DNA of 64,000 nucleotides from Selaginella moellendorffii. Taxonomy: Eukaryota > Plantae > Lycopodiophyta. This document shows, piece after piece, positions 36,501-47,859 of this stretch (positions within the stretch are counted from its first letter, which is position 1; each line of letters begins with the position of its first letter). The stretch lies in the NCBI RefSeq assembly GCF_000143415.4, contig NW_003314292.1, positions 737,325-801,324 on the forward strand, given 5' to 3'. Both the position numbers and the translations under genes were made by a program. The notes beneath the pieces were generated by a model that saw only the letters and a list, made by a program, of their open reading frames with translations, was not told where the DNA came from and did no database searches.

Positions 36501-39500
36501 GTTACGCTTTTCTAAGAAGGGTGACCCTTGTGCCTTTCTTTTGTAGCATTATGCTCGGTGGCAGGTTGTACCTTGCATTACGTTAGACTCTATGAGAGTA
36601 GTGAGCTCTCACTGATCTTGACTTAGTCTTGGTAGCCCTGCACCTTGGCTGAGGATGGTGATGTCCAACTTAGTTGTTTGAGTTTGAGATGTTGGTACCC
36701 ATACTATAGCTTTGTCTATGAGGAGGTTGTGTACCAATATAGATCCATCTCATGGTCTTCACTTTAGTTTCAGCTGAGTGTTGATCATGCATAGCTAGCC
36801 TCTTCAAAGCATGCTCAGAGCTATTAGCTAAATGCATTGGTGAGCTTATTGCAGTTGAGTTGGATTCGAGTGGTCATTTAGTTTGTGCTTGTCAATGAAC
36901 TTTTATCTCATACCGAAGGTATCATGTTCATGTTGGACAAGTGTATGACTCGATGACGTGAGTTTAGTGTTTGGGTCTTGTAAAGACAAGTTGAAAGAGT
37001 GATTGTTAGTTGCTTTGCGACTAATGATTGCTTGTAGACTTTGTCAAGAGACTGTTGACACTTGCTTCACTCGATGATGATTTAGCAATGATAGGTTTGC
37101 TTTACCGGATGGTGTTGCGGAGGATCGTGTCGTTAGACTTACATGGTTTTTCCATGTTGACATGTCGACTCTATCTCTGTCGATATCATTTGGTTGCATT
37201 TAGTTCGTGGTGTTGGATTTCATTGAGTCTTGGATGTGGTGACTCACTCCTTGAGGAAGTGTTATCTGTAACTGAGTTTTGCTAAAGGATTGGTCTCGGT
37301 TACTAATTAAAGTATCTTCGACCTTGGTTAGCTTGGTTGCTGGAAAGCTCCGAGTGGTGATTCACTCATGCTTCCTTCTAGCTTTGTTTTGGTGTTGATG
37401 GCATTGAAGTGATGCTTTGTCATTGACATTGTTGATATTGAGATCTGAGTGAAATGAGATATCCTTCCAAAAGATTGATATTGAGTTTCATTAGTCTTGA
37501 TGAATATAGTATTGATGATTTGGCTATAGCTTTGTGTTGTTGGCATTCGTGCATTTGCTAGTTAGCAACTGTGTTGACGTTCAAACGAACTGAGTGGCAA
37601 GTTGAGTTAGTTGTGTTCTAGACGAGATTATTTAGTAGAGGGTTGAGCTTTAGCTTTTCCTTGAAAAATGATTTAGTCGTGGACTATGCTAACTCTACGA
37701 GAAGAAGAGTTAGTGATCGATATTAGAATGTTGAGTCCTTGCTGGATTTGAGTTCGGAATATAGCAATCATTAATGATTCTTTTTGAGCTTGTTATGAAG
37801 TGAGTTACGTTTTGCTATAGATGGATTCATGGAGGATCGTTTGATGATCACTTGTTAAGCATAGCTTCGTTATGCTTAGCTTTTGGATTGATGCAGAAAT
37901 GCTCTTCATTAGCTTTGGCATTATGAAGTTTGGCTTATGGATGTGTTGAGGAAGATATTGTGGGTTGCACCATGATTTCTTCTTTAGCATTGAAGTTAGC
38001 TTCTATGAGACTCGTGATCATTATTAGGCAAGACTTAGTTATAGGCTTCTTCGAGCTTTTGGTTCTTGAGTTTTGTGCTCATTGTTCCATTTGTTAGAAG
38101 TTGTTGGGGAAGGCATTTTGGCTCATTAGCTTCGATGTTGAAGTTGGTTTTTGCATCTGGCAATCATTGGTGATGATTAACTATCATGTTGGATAGTTGA
38201 TTATTCTTATCACTACATTGATGGGATGATTGATGATCTTTCATGATGGTTAGTTGTTCTCTTTGATGGCTTATGGCTTTTCGCAATACCACATGTTCTT
38301 TGTGGTTTGCTCTGGATTGGTCTCTTGGGTTTGAGACGTCAGTCGGATGTTGCTAACACTTGCTTAGGCAATTTAAGTTCCTTGGTATTGTTGGCTGGGA
38401 TCTATTCAGATTGGCTTTTGTGATAGTTGGCAGGCATGAGTGTTTGTTGGTCTTACCATATTCATTCTCTTCTGTTGATTGTTGCTCGAGTTAGTTTTGA
38501 TAGATTTGGATGTTATTTCCTTCGGGTGATACATTCGCGAGCATTGTGCTTGTTAGTCAATGATACTTTGTGTTCTTTGAGTTCTCTCTAGTAAGTTGTT
38601 GGCTTACTGTCTACTATCTTCGGTAGTTAAGTTTTATCATTGAGTTTACTTGATGATATACTTGCTATTGAATTTTGTTGGATGGTTAATCCTATGTTTT
38701 CCAATGATAGTGATCTTGGTGGTTCCTACACTATAAATACTAGTTTATCGGATGATAACTTATGTGGAATACTTTTGTGTTCTACTCTAAGATATAATCA
38801 CTAGTAATTAAGCTTCTCAGATATCATTGTTTATGACTTTGATATCGTCCCTATATATTGATCTTTGAGTTTGGGCCAGTATAGGCAGACTGGCTTCGGC
38901 ACTTCGTGTGCATGTTGAAATCTCTAGTCATGGGGTAGCTACTGTCGACTGGTCACATAACCCGCCTCTCTGTCGATGTTCCTTATTTTCGTTGAAAGGG
39001 CGTGACCGTGTAAACAACTCTAACTGCCTGTTGACAGTAGTCTATCTAAACCTTACCGACGGGTTTGGTTTCTTTGCTCAGGAGGGTTGGGGCCTCTGGC
39101 TTCTCTCTCTATGTCCCTGCGGGCAGGGCATATCACACTTTTGTAAGCTGGGTGACTCCCAGAGCAGCAGGGGTGGCTGACTCCATAGGTCATTTCCTTG
39201 TCGGTGACGGCCGGAAGGTGTCTGAGCTGGTAGCGCATCCGCGTTAGACAAAGAGGTTCCCCCTAACTCATTTAAGTTGGTGCATTTCTCACATAGTGTG
39301 AGTACTGTGAACTTTTTATGGAGTTGTTTCCTTGGCGGTATTCTAGACTGGAGTATGCATCGACGAGGACGTCGATCTTCCCCAAGGGGGGGAGAGTGTC
39401 GCGAATGTGACTTCGGGTATCGAAAGTTACCTGTCGGCCAGTCCTTACGGACACTCTTACCTTACTGCCACGACGGCAGGAGGTCGGTATTGCTGGACCC

Positions 39501-40539
39501 GTTATTAGTCTCCGCCTAAGCTAGTTGAGAAACTGGTCCTCGCGTGTGCACTTGACCAGATGGGCATAAGGACGGAATTCCTAAGTGCTATTAGTCAAGC
39601 ATACTTGACCTGGTTAGAGAAACTCATTCGTTGACTTGCACTTGCTAGTGTTGGGAACCCCCGCGATATTGAGCTTGGTCCCTCAACATCGCTATATGAT
39701 AGCTTACCGTGTCTGCCAAACACCCTCGCTATCATGCCCTTTGTGTTAGTCTCAATTTGTCCCAGATGCTATTTATGGAAAGTGTCCAGATTTGCTCATT
39801 TGGCATATCTACGGAATGTAGAGATCGGCCTGAACACAATGGTGTTCGTCCCGTGTCCAAATTCGCAATCTAAGGACATTCCATATTTAGTAAGTTTCGA
39901 GCTTGTCCCAGAGACTAACTCTTAATACTAAGGGAGGCTTAGGGTGAAAGCCCAAAGCGTGTGTTCCTCAAGGGGGGGGGGGCTGTGGGGGGTTCCAAAT
40001 GTATAGTAGGGATAGTGGGTAGGTCGGGCATGGCCGACCAACCTGAGGCATAGTCTAGCTCCCGCTTGCGTGTTTGTCCTTGTTCTGCGTCTGGCTTGGG
40101 TCTAAGCCCAAGTTCCATTCCATGCTAGTTGGTGGAGTACCCATATCCTCGCGTTAGGCCACCGGTATGCCGAAATAGCGCTAGACTCCGTTTGGCTCCA
40201 TTTTGCGTGCTGGTCCTGGCATTGGGATGCTGGTTGCTCTAGGACTGTTCCAAGTCGCTCCGGGCCCCTGTCCCTTCGCTCCTTGGGCTATATGCTCGGG
40301 AGTTGCTCCGTGGTCCGGTTTCATCACTCCTTGGCGTCACGCTTGGGAGTTTGGCACCGTTCCTTCGTTCAGTGGCCCAAGGCCCTGAACCTTGGGTTCC
40401 TATGGACATGTGGCACGGACACGTGGTATGTGACACGTGGCATCTGTCACGTGGCACAAAGAGGGTTTAGGTTCCGCTTCGTGGTGTTATCCTATGGTAA
40501 ATCACCATAGGATAAAGGGTCAAAACCACGTGCGCTACA
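33539..40539 (+). mobile_element. non-autonomous LTR element (LARD-like); LTRs 33539-34495 and 39397-40539
   Basis: TSD GGTGA; TG..CA termini; PBS TGGTATCAGAG (34498); PPT AAGGGGGGGAGAG; near-identical LTRs except a ~186-bp deletion in the 5' copy; 4.9-kb interior without a long ORF. Confidence 0.9.
34361..34412 (+). promoter_or_regulatory. cluster of four G-box/ABRE-like motifs in the LTR (also ~40405-40456)
   Basis: gaCACGTGgcacggaCACGTGgtatgtgaCACGTGgcatctgtCACGTGgc. Confidence 0.5.
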
Positions 40540-41124
40540 GGTGATATCAATTGTTCCTGATCCCTTTGTATGAAATGTTTTAACTGCTACATATGCACAA
40601 TTTATAGAGGATTGACTTGTTAGACATTATGCCAAACCTTATAAATTTGCGGTCCAACTTGCTATAACACCCAATATGGTCCTTTCCACTAAACAAGGAG
40701 CCCTTTAAATAAACCACATACCGTAAGATGGGGAAAATGGACTAACACTAAGTCATCCACTTTGTACTTTGTAGGTGGACGTCCCCTCCTCTTAGAATAA
40801 TGGAAGACCATTAGTTTTTTCTTGTAAATGGGTTAGAATTTGGAAGAACATCAGAAGGAGGCATTGGTGATGTAAGGTTCAAGTGTACATTTACGATGCC
40901 ATATACTAATATTAGCGTAATAGAATTAGCGTAAGATTGGTTTTAATCTAGACCACTCACTCCTGTATATAAGCTATGGTTTTTGGGCTAATTGATATGC
41001 ATATTTTCAATATTCCCTTTTCATATTCCATGCACTCACAAATACATTTATTTAAACTTTGTTAAAATATTCTAAATATATATAGCCAAACTGGATAAAT
41101 AAACCCTTAATTGTACACACAGCT

Positions 41125-41640
41125 TCATGAGTTCCATGAACTAGGATTTTGGGGATGGAATCGTTGAAGTGGCCAATATTTTCTAGCAGCAACATGATTT
41201 CAGTGGTGAGAAAACGTTTTCAATGGATGATGAGTTTCTGGGGAACCTCTTTCCTAGCCCCATTGGCAGCGGGGTGTTTGATCAATTGCGTGCCGGTTCT
41301 GCTTGTTTGAGAGCGGGTTCGCGCTCTTTTTTGCCTTCCTTATCAACGTCTGTGTTGAATGGAGAAGCAGCTGCTCGTCGAGCTTGATGAGTCCCCAGTT
41401 TTTTATGCCAATGTTTTTCAGCAGCAATTGCAACATGAATCTAGAAGCATGGATAGCACCGAAGAAATGGATGAAGAGTTTCTTGAGGAGATTTTTTCAA
41501 GCTCAGACACGGAGTTTGATCAGTTTGGATGGAGAAGCAGCCATATGTCGAGTTTGATGAGCCCCTGGAGCGGCCACCACTGGATGGGGCGCACAAACAC
41601 TTTCAGTGGATGTGTTTTTAATATAAAGTGTAATTTATTT
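41125..41640 (+). pseudogene. double-MADS pseudogene, 3' acidic half (continuation of 16770-17460)
   Basis: ttcatgagttccat..gagaaaacgttttcaatggatgatg..MDEEFLEEIFSSSDTEFDQ matches 45337 onward. Confidence 0.7.
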
Positions 41641-41649
41641 TGATATACA

Positions 41650-42490
41650 CAAAAACAGCTGGGAAAAAAATTGTACATTTCCGAGGCTGCAAGCACATCT
41701 ATGGAATCACAAAGTTATTGGAGCTATACTATGGCTACAAGACTTAATTAAGTAACATCCTTGACACGGTCAAGAGCTATGCCTCAACACCAACGTTGGC
41801 CTTGATCTCAAGACTTTGCCACCTCAAATGAAAACCATTATGAAGCAGCTATCGATGCACTCAGAAACGCAGCAGGCCAAGCTGGCGAAACGTCTACGAT
41901 CATCAAGGTATACATCTTCTTTTAAGTTCTCTTTCTTTATAAAAAGACAGCAGGGAAGAGAAAAATGCCAATAGAGCCAATGCTGCGAAAAGAAAGAGCT
42001 GCTTCCTAAATCCCATATATGGAATCACCAAGAAAATATAGGAGCTACTTGATTCGTGTTACTTCCGGGACATGGTCCAAGTGTTTACATCCTTAACACA
42101 AACACAATTGGCCTTGATCTCCCAAGATTTTGCCACCTCAAATGGAACCCATTGTCAAGCAGCAATCGATCACACGTTGACGCAGCAGGGCCAAGGTTGT
42201 GATGATCACAAGCTGGCAGATGAGGGTTTAGAGCCGGAGGAACTCGCCACCACCTAGTATCCTCACCTTCATTGAGTTTCATAGACGGGGATTTTGGAGA
42301 TGGAATCGTTCAAGATGGGCAAGAAGTTGCCAATGGTTTGCAGCCGTAGAAGCATGGGTAGTTGCTAGGAAATGTGACTACCCTCGTCATATATTCTATA
42401 AATCTTGGATGGCAAATACTTTCAGACGATGTGTTTTTGGAGGAGATCACGTCGATCACGGATAGCACCATTGGCAACATTTTGGAGCTG
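41650..42490 (+). pseudogene. double-MADS pseudogene copy
   Basis: Two decayed MADS exons, the intron and a partial acidic tail, colinear with 44610-45650. Confidence 0.75.
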
Positions 42491-42679
42491 TAATATTGTG
42501 GAAAATTTTGCAATAATTTGAAATATTATACATAAATTGTACTGATGATGGAAAGAATGAACAGGAAAATTTTACTACTTAAACGCTTGCTATACATGGA
42601 TTTATATATGCGTTTCCTAGATTCCTGCTGTTGATTCTAGCTGCATGGTTGATTCCAGCTGCTCCAACAGACGAAGTGG

Positions 42680-42951
42680 CGGAGCGCACTGGATGATCTT
42701 CCCGACGAGATGCATGAGCTACTCTTCTTGGTGGAGCGGATGAGGATCACCAAGAGGCGCAACAATCCGAGCTCCATGGACGATCTTCCCGACGACGTTC
42801 CCATCCGGATCCTGTCCCTGCTCATCTCCTCGCGCCAATTGTATTGGTGTAGCCTGGTGAGCAAGAGGTGGGCACAGCCGGCAAGGCTCGTCACGCATTT
42901 CAGGTTGGAATCGTCCGGTGAGCATGCGCAACGGGGTCTCCTTTCCTGGTT

Positions 42952-42984
<33 letters not shown>

Positions 42985-43950
42985 TCACAGGTTCCTCAAA
43001 GTGGCTATGCTCTTGTCTTGACTGGCTATCGGTGAATGGAAAAATCCTCCACTCCCTTACCATCAGCATCAATGTGGATCGCCATTCTCGCTACGGAGGC
43101 TCTGGAGACTATGGAGGGAGGTGCCTCCATATCAACGATGGTGTCGATCTTGGCGGCCCTCTCACGACCAAGGCAGCGGCTCTAATTCTTCCCGCGCTCG
43201 CCATACGCACACACTTGGACGTGGCCACGACGAAACAGCTCATCGAGTTGTGCCCACTCATATACTTCCCGCCGACCTATTTGCTCAAGAACCACAGCCT
43301 CCACTATTTGGGGATTCGCGCCCACAAGGGCCCCGGCTGGAGCGTTGCCAGCTTTTCTCTCGTGCTCAACATGCCCAAGCTCTGGTGGATGTGTACCTCA
43401 CGTGGAGCTCTCACTGTCTACGTGCAACGTGGAATGGTGGTGCTTCATGGGCAAGTTTGGATTGTTCAGGGCCTGGTCATGTCCCAGCTCAACACGCTCA
43501 CGCTCACCAATACCTCCTGAGGCAGTGCCCACGTCTAGAAAATTATCGAGCCGTTTGTCAGGAGGGCGAGCATCAGTGGCATCGAGCATCAGACAGGCGC
43601 CACTGCGTGTCCACATCGACGCATCCTACTCGAACAAGCGGGTGCCGTGCTGGGACAATGACGAGATCGACTTTGTACAGGAGTTCCGCAGCTGCGTGGT
43701 GCAGCTCGAAGTAACAGGCATTGTGTGCATTGAGGAGCCGCCTGAATTTCGGCCCCGGGTGCCTCCGGCGATCGTGGAGCTGGGCACAGCGTTCCCCGGT
43801 CGTGTCAAGGTGCATCCCATCCGCTTTGGCATGCCACCGCGCTGCGGCGTTGTCTGGCGCTGCATGAAGCCCAAGCTTGATTCGCCCTACACTGCAATCC
43901 ACCACTGGTGCGCAGTTTCGACGAGAACACGGAGTTGTGTGCGTGAACAA
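42680..43950 (+). pseudogene. F-box pseudogene (frameshifted paralogue, inverted relative to copies 1 and 2)
   Basis: LDDLPDEMHELLFLVERM..LPDDVPIRILSLL; multiple indels; expanded (CAG)n. Confidence 0.85.
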
Positions 43951-43951
43951 G

Positions 43952-43952
<1 letters not shown>

Positions 43953-43986
<34 letters not shown>
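43953..43986. repeat. (TG)n microsatellite
   Basis: Perfect dinucleotide run. Confidence 0.9.
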
Positions 43987-43987
<1 letters not shown>

Positions 43988-44544
43988 TTTTTTATGAATA
44001 CTTATTAACAATGGTTCGTATACAAGCCTGAAGCAAAGAATGAGAAATTGAGATCACATTTTTTAGCTCGCCCCTCGTCGGGAAGATCGTCCCCATGCAG
44101 CCACCTAATTTGACCTTGAAAGAAATGGACTTTTTTCACGACCATAAGACACGGCATCCCTCGATTATCAACGTTGGCCAGACAAAGTGAGACAGGAGCT
44201 GCGCAAGGGTGGCCATGCATCCATGAAAGGATTGGGCAGAGCGCTGTTGGCAAAGGATCGAGAGGCGGCCACGATGCTTGTCCTGAATTCGCATGGAAAG
44301 CGAGTGGAGGTTTTTGCCAATCGACCAAGGGACCAGCTCGGCGGTATGAGACATTTCAGTTGCGCAGAGAACACGATGCGGATGGATTAATTAACTATCA
44401 ACTAAACATAATAATAATACATTAATAAACATAAACATGCGATCTTCATAGATTTAAGGAAGATATCAAATCTTTGATTTTGCTAATAATTGAGGGAACA
44501 AGAATAAGGGTTTGTCCCCCAAACAACACACAAGGAAAATAACT

Positions 44545-45721
44545 ATGTCTCCGGTGATCAAGGTATTTCGTAACTTCACGTTTCACCTCTTATAAATGTT
44601 TCTTTGTAGAAAAAAACAGCTGGGAAACAAAAAATTCCACTAGAATACATCTTGGATGCTGAAATAAGAAAGTGTTGCCACCGCAAGCGCATCTTTGGAA
44701 TCACAAAGAAGTTATGGGAGCTTAACATACTCACGGCTACAAGACTCAATTTCTCAAGTAACTTTCCTGACACGGGCAAGAGCTATGCCTTCAACACCAA
44801 TGTTGGCCTTGATCTCAAGACATTGCCTCCTCAAATGATAACCATTGTCAAGCAGCAATCGATGCATTCGGTAACGCAACAGGGCCAAGTTAACCAAATA
44901 TCTCCTATCATCAAGGTATTAATAATTTCTAGATGGTTTTTCTTATAATTTTTTCTTTGTTGTTTCTCGTTCAGAAAAAGAGAGCAGGGAAGAAAAAAAT
45001 CCCGATAGAGTACATCTCCAATGCTGAGACAAGAAAGAGCTGCTTCCGAAAGCGCATCTATGGAATCATGAAGAAAATATGGGAGCTACACATACTCACG
45101 GGTACAATACTTGATTTCTCGTGTTACTTCCCGGACATGGTAAAGAGTTACACCCTCAACACAAACACTGGCCTTGATCCGAAGACTTTGCCACCTCAAA
45201 TGAAAACCATTGTCATACACACGTTAAAGCAGCAGGGCGATAACCAAAATTTGGCTGATGATCATAACGTGGAGGGTTTACAGCCGGAGGAGCTAAGATT
45301 CAACAAGGATTCTCCACCACCTCTAGTATCCTCACCTTCGATGAGCTCCATTGATGGGGAGCAACATAACTCTGGAAGCCTGGATGGGTGCGAGAAAACG
45401 TTTTCACTGGATGATGCCTTTCTGGAGGAGATCTTTTCAAGCCCAGAAAGCACTATTGACAATACAGAGTCTGGTCAGTCTTGGATGGAGCTCGTTGATT
45501 TTGACGAGTGTCCACCACCGCCAACCTATATTCCCCAGCAGGAATATGAATCTGGCATGGATGGCGGCGAGCAAACACTTTCAGTGGACAATATGCTTTT
45601 GGAGGAGCTCTTATTGATCCCAGATAGCACCATTGGGAACATGGAATTTATTCAGTCTTGGATGGAGCAACAGCCACCTGTGGAGTTTGATATTAACGAC
45701 ATGTACCTGGAAGTTCCTTGA
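44545..45721 (+). CDS. tandem double-MADS-domain (type I/SRF-like) transcription factor with acidic C-terminus, ~356 aa; exons 44545-44562, 44610-44915 and 44975-45721
   Basis: MADS1 [48 protein letters not shown]; MADS2 AGKKKIPIEYISNAETRKSCFRKRIYGIMKKIWELHILTGT; two phase-0 GT-AG introns (47 and 59 nt) give an uninterrupted frame. Confidence 0.8.
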
Positions 45722-46062
45722 GGACATTACAACACAATTTTGCGAATTGCAACATAGGCAGAGTGTAATTTATTTAGAGAGGGAAATTCCCCTTATGTAA
45801 CTTAGGAGCGTAATAGATATTTTTAAGGACTGATGAAGCTCGCTGTGATTGCCTTCGACGTTCTTGGTCACGGGTTTGAAAGACAGCAACCGCCGTTATG
45901 ATTGCAAAGAAAGGACATAAGGAACGTTTAAAGAACCACATCTCGATATTTTAGTACAGTATTAAAGGCCTGTTGCAAATGCCGATGCTGTGCTGTTGGA
46001 GTGAGAATCAGGTGGAAAAAATAATATGAAGATTTTCATTGTCTAAAATAATGTAATCATCA

Positions 46063-46119
46063 GTCATTGAAGTATAGTGGTAAGTATTTATGCCTGTCAC
46101 GCAGACGACGTGGCAATGG
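46063..46119 (+). pseudogene. tRNA-Asp(GTC) pseudogene lacking the T arm
   Basis: gtcattgaagtatagtggtaagtatttatgcctGTCacgcagacgac-tggcaatgg resembles plant tRNA-Asp with the TpsiC arm deleted. Confidence 0.7.
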
Positions 46120-47250
46120 TTTACTCTTTTATGTAGAGGACTGCCCTTTGGTAAAGTTGAGCTCTATTTTAACTAAGGTGATCTTGGTGGTGGGAACTAA
46201 TTCAACTGCAGCGACGTAAGTTGTATGAATTTTTCTGTATTCTACTACTTTATGTGGGTACTAATTAAAAATCTGCCATATTAGACAGCTGTTACATCTG
46301 ATCCGTCCATTCATGGTCTCTATGACAAAAGTGCTTGGTGTCGCAAAAACACTGAAGATCGTGGAATGACCCAGGAGCGCCAGATACCACCCGATCCATG
46401 CGCATCTGACTCCAGATCAGAAGGCTATTCGAGTAGCAGACTTCCTGAACGAGTGTCCTCTGAGTTAGATGTGTTCTTGGCTGCATAAATTTTTCCAAAG
46501 CTGAGAAATGAATCCACCAAAAAATAAAGCTGAGAACTTACCTTCGCTTGAAGCTAACAGAGCCCAAAACGCCATCCCCCAAGCTCGCAGCCACTCTAAC
46601 TCTAGTGCATACAAGACCAAATGCATCTTCTTTCACCGGGGTCAATGTGAAATGACATGTTCTTGCTGGGACTACTTTAAAAGAAAATAAAATCAACGTA
46701 ACTCTAATGTTAACTATGCGATGGATGTTTCCAACGTGCTTGTCCTCTCTACTCTTTTCCTGACGCCACTTATATTGGTCTAGTCGTCAAGATGGGTGCA
46801 ACTCGCAAGGGTCAGCACGCATTTCAGGTTGGAATCGTCCACAATCTCCTCTGGCAGTGAGCAGCATAGACCCAACTCGGCAGGGAATGACGTTGTCATT
46901 GGAGTTTAAAGATTCTTCCCGTTGATCGCAATGCTTCATTGGTCGAGCTCATCTCCTAGAAGAATCCACCCCATCTGTGGTAATCGCCACAATTATCTTA
47001 TTCAAGTCATGTTGACAAAGTTGATGATTCTCAATTTTAGCTGTATGCTGAAAATACTTCTAGTCACTAAACAAATTGTTTACATTATTATTATATTATT
47101 ATTAAGATCATGTAAAAAGACAATCGATACACTAGATTTTATTAGATAGTTTGCAAAATTTATCCAAGGCATGGACAGAATTAGCTATTGCCTTTGTATA
47201 AATGTCAAGGAAATTCTCAACAGAAAACATCAGTCAATTAATCTTTTCTA

Positions 47251-47812
47251 ATGGCAATTTCAGTGATGTCTTGCTTGATTCTCTGCTCCTTGTTAGCTCA
47301 AGCTACTGTTGGTTTGCTTGTACAATATGGCTCTGTCACGGTTGGGAATGGCAACTTCATCCCCTTGAGCAGCACTGACTCTGCCCCCACTGTTGACATT
47401 GAAGGATTCGGGAAGAATGGCACTACTCGTCTCTTCTCGGTTGTCATGGCAGATCAAAAGGCACTGTCAGTGCCAACTAAAGTATCAACTTTTGGATTGC
47501 AAACATTCCAGCAGGCAGCACCGGTGAGTGATATACTTCAAATCTTTATATGATCATGGTGGCTTGGCAGGAGCTGTGAAGGGCAGCATTTTGGAGCCTT
47601 ATGTATCTCCTTCCAACACTAGCAAGAACATTCCATACCCAAATCCATTCAATGCAAGGAACCACACGTATGATTTTGTGCTTGTTCCACAAAGGAATCC
47701 CTTGGTGAAGCCCATGGATAGCCGGCTTGTCAACTCGCTGGCTGATATCATCGGACAATACCACTGTGGAAGCCCTCTCCAGACCGTCTCCTTCACCACC
47801 TCTGTCCATTGA
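47251..47812 (+). pseudogene. divergent secreted PEBP-fold-like gene with a 1-nt frameshift near 47482
   Basis: Signal peptide; VQYGSVTVGNG..PTVDI..LFSVVMAD; shifted frame FWIANIPAG; intron ~47524-47570; YVSP..HTYDFVLVPQ. Confidence 0.55.
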
Positions 47813-47859
47813 TGTTAATCCACTAAAAAGTATTTGCCAATAAATTGAAAAATATTTGT

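Larger units (their letters stand above)
18336..41040 (+). mobile_element. old Ty3/gypsy element hosting nested insertions; LTRs 18336-18678 and 40871-41040
   Basis: TG..CA LTR pair (5' copy has a ~165-bp insertion); degenerate TGGTGG PBS; gag 18940-19620 resumes at 29764 with Zn knuckle CWACDKVGH; protease, RNase H and integrase remnants to 33520; no TSD recognised. Confidence 0.7.

Noticed and set aside
18331-41045. TSD for the outer gypsy
   Set aside because: Flanks TAGTA and AATAC do not match, so pairing of the two LTRs rests on similarity and internal order only
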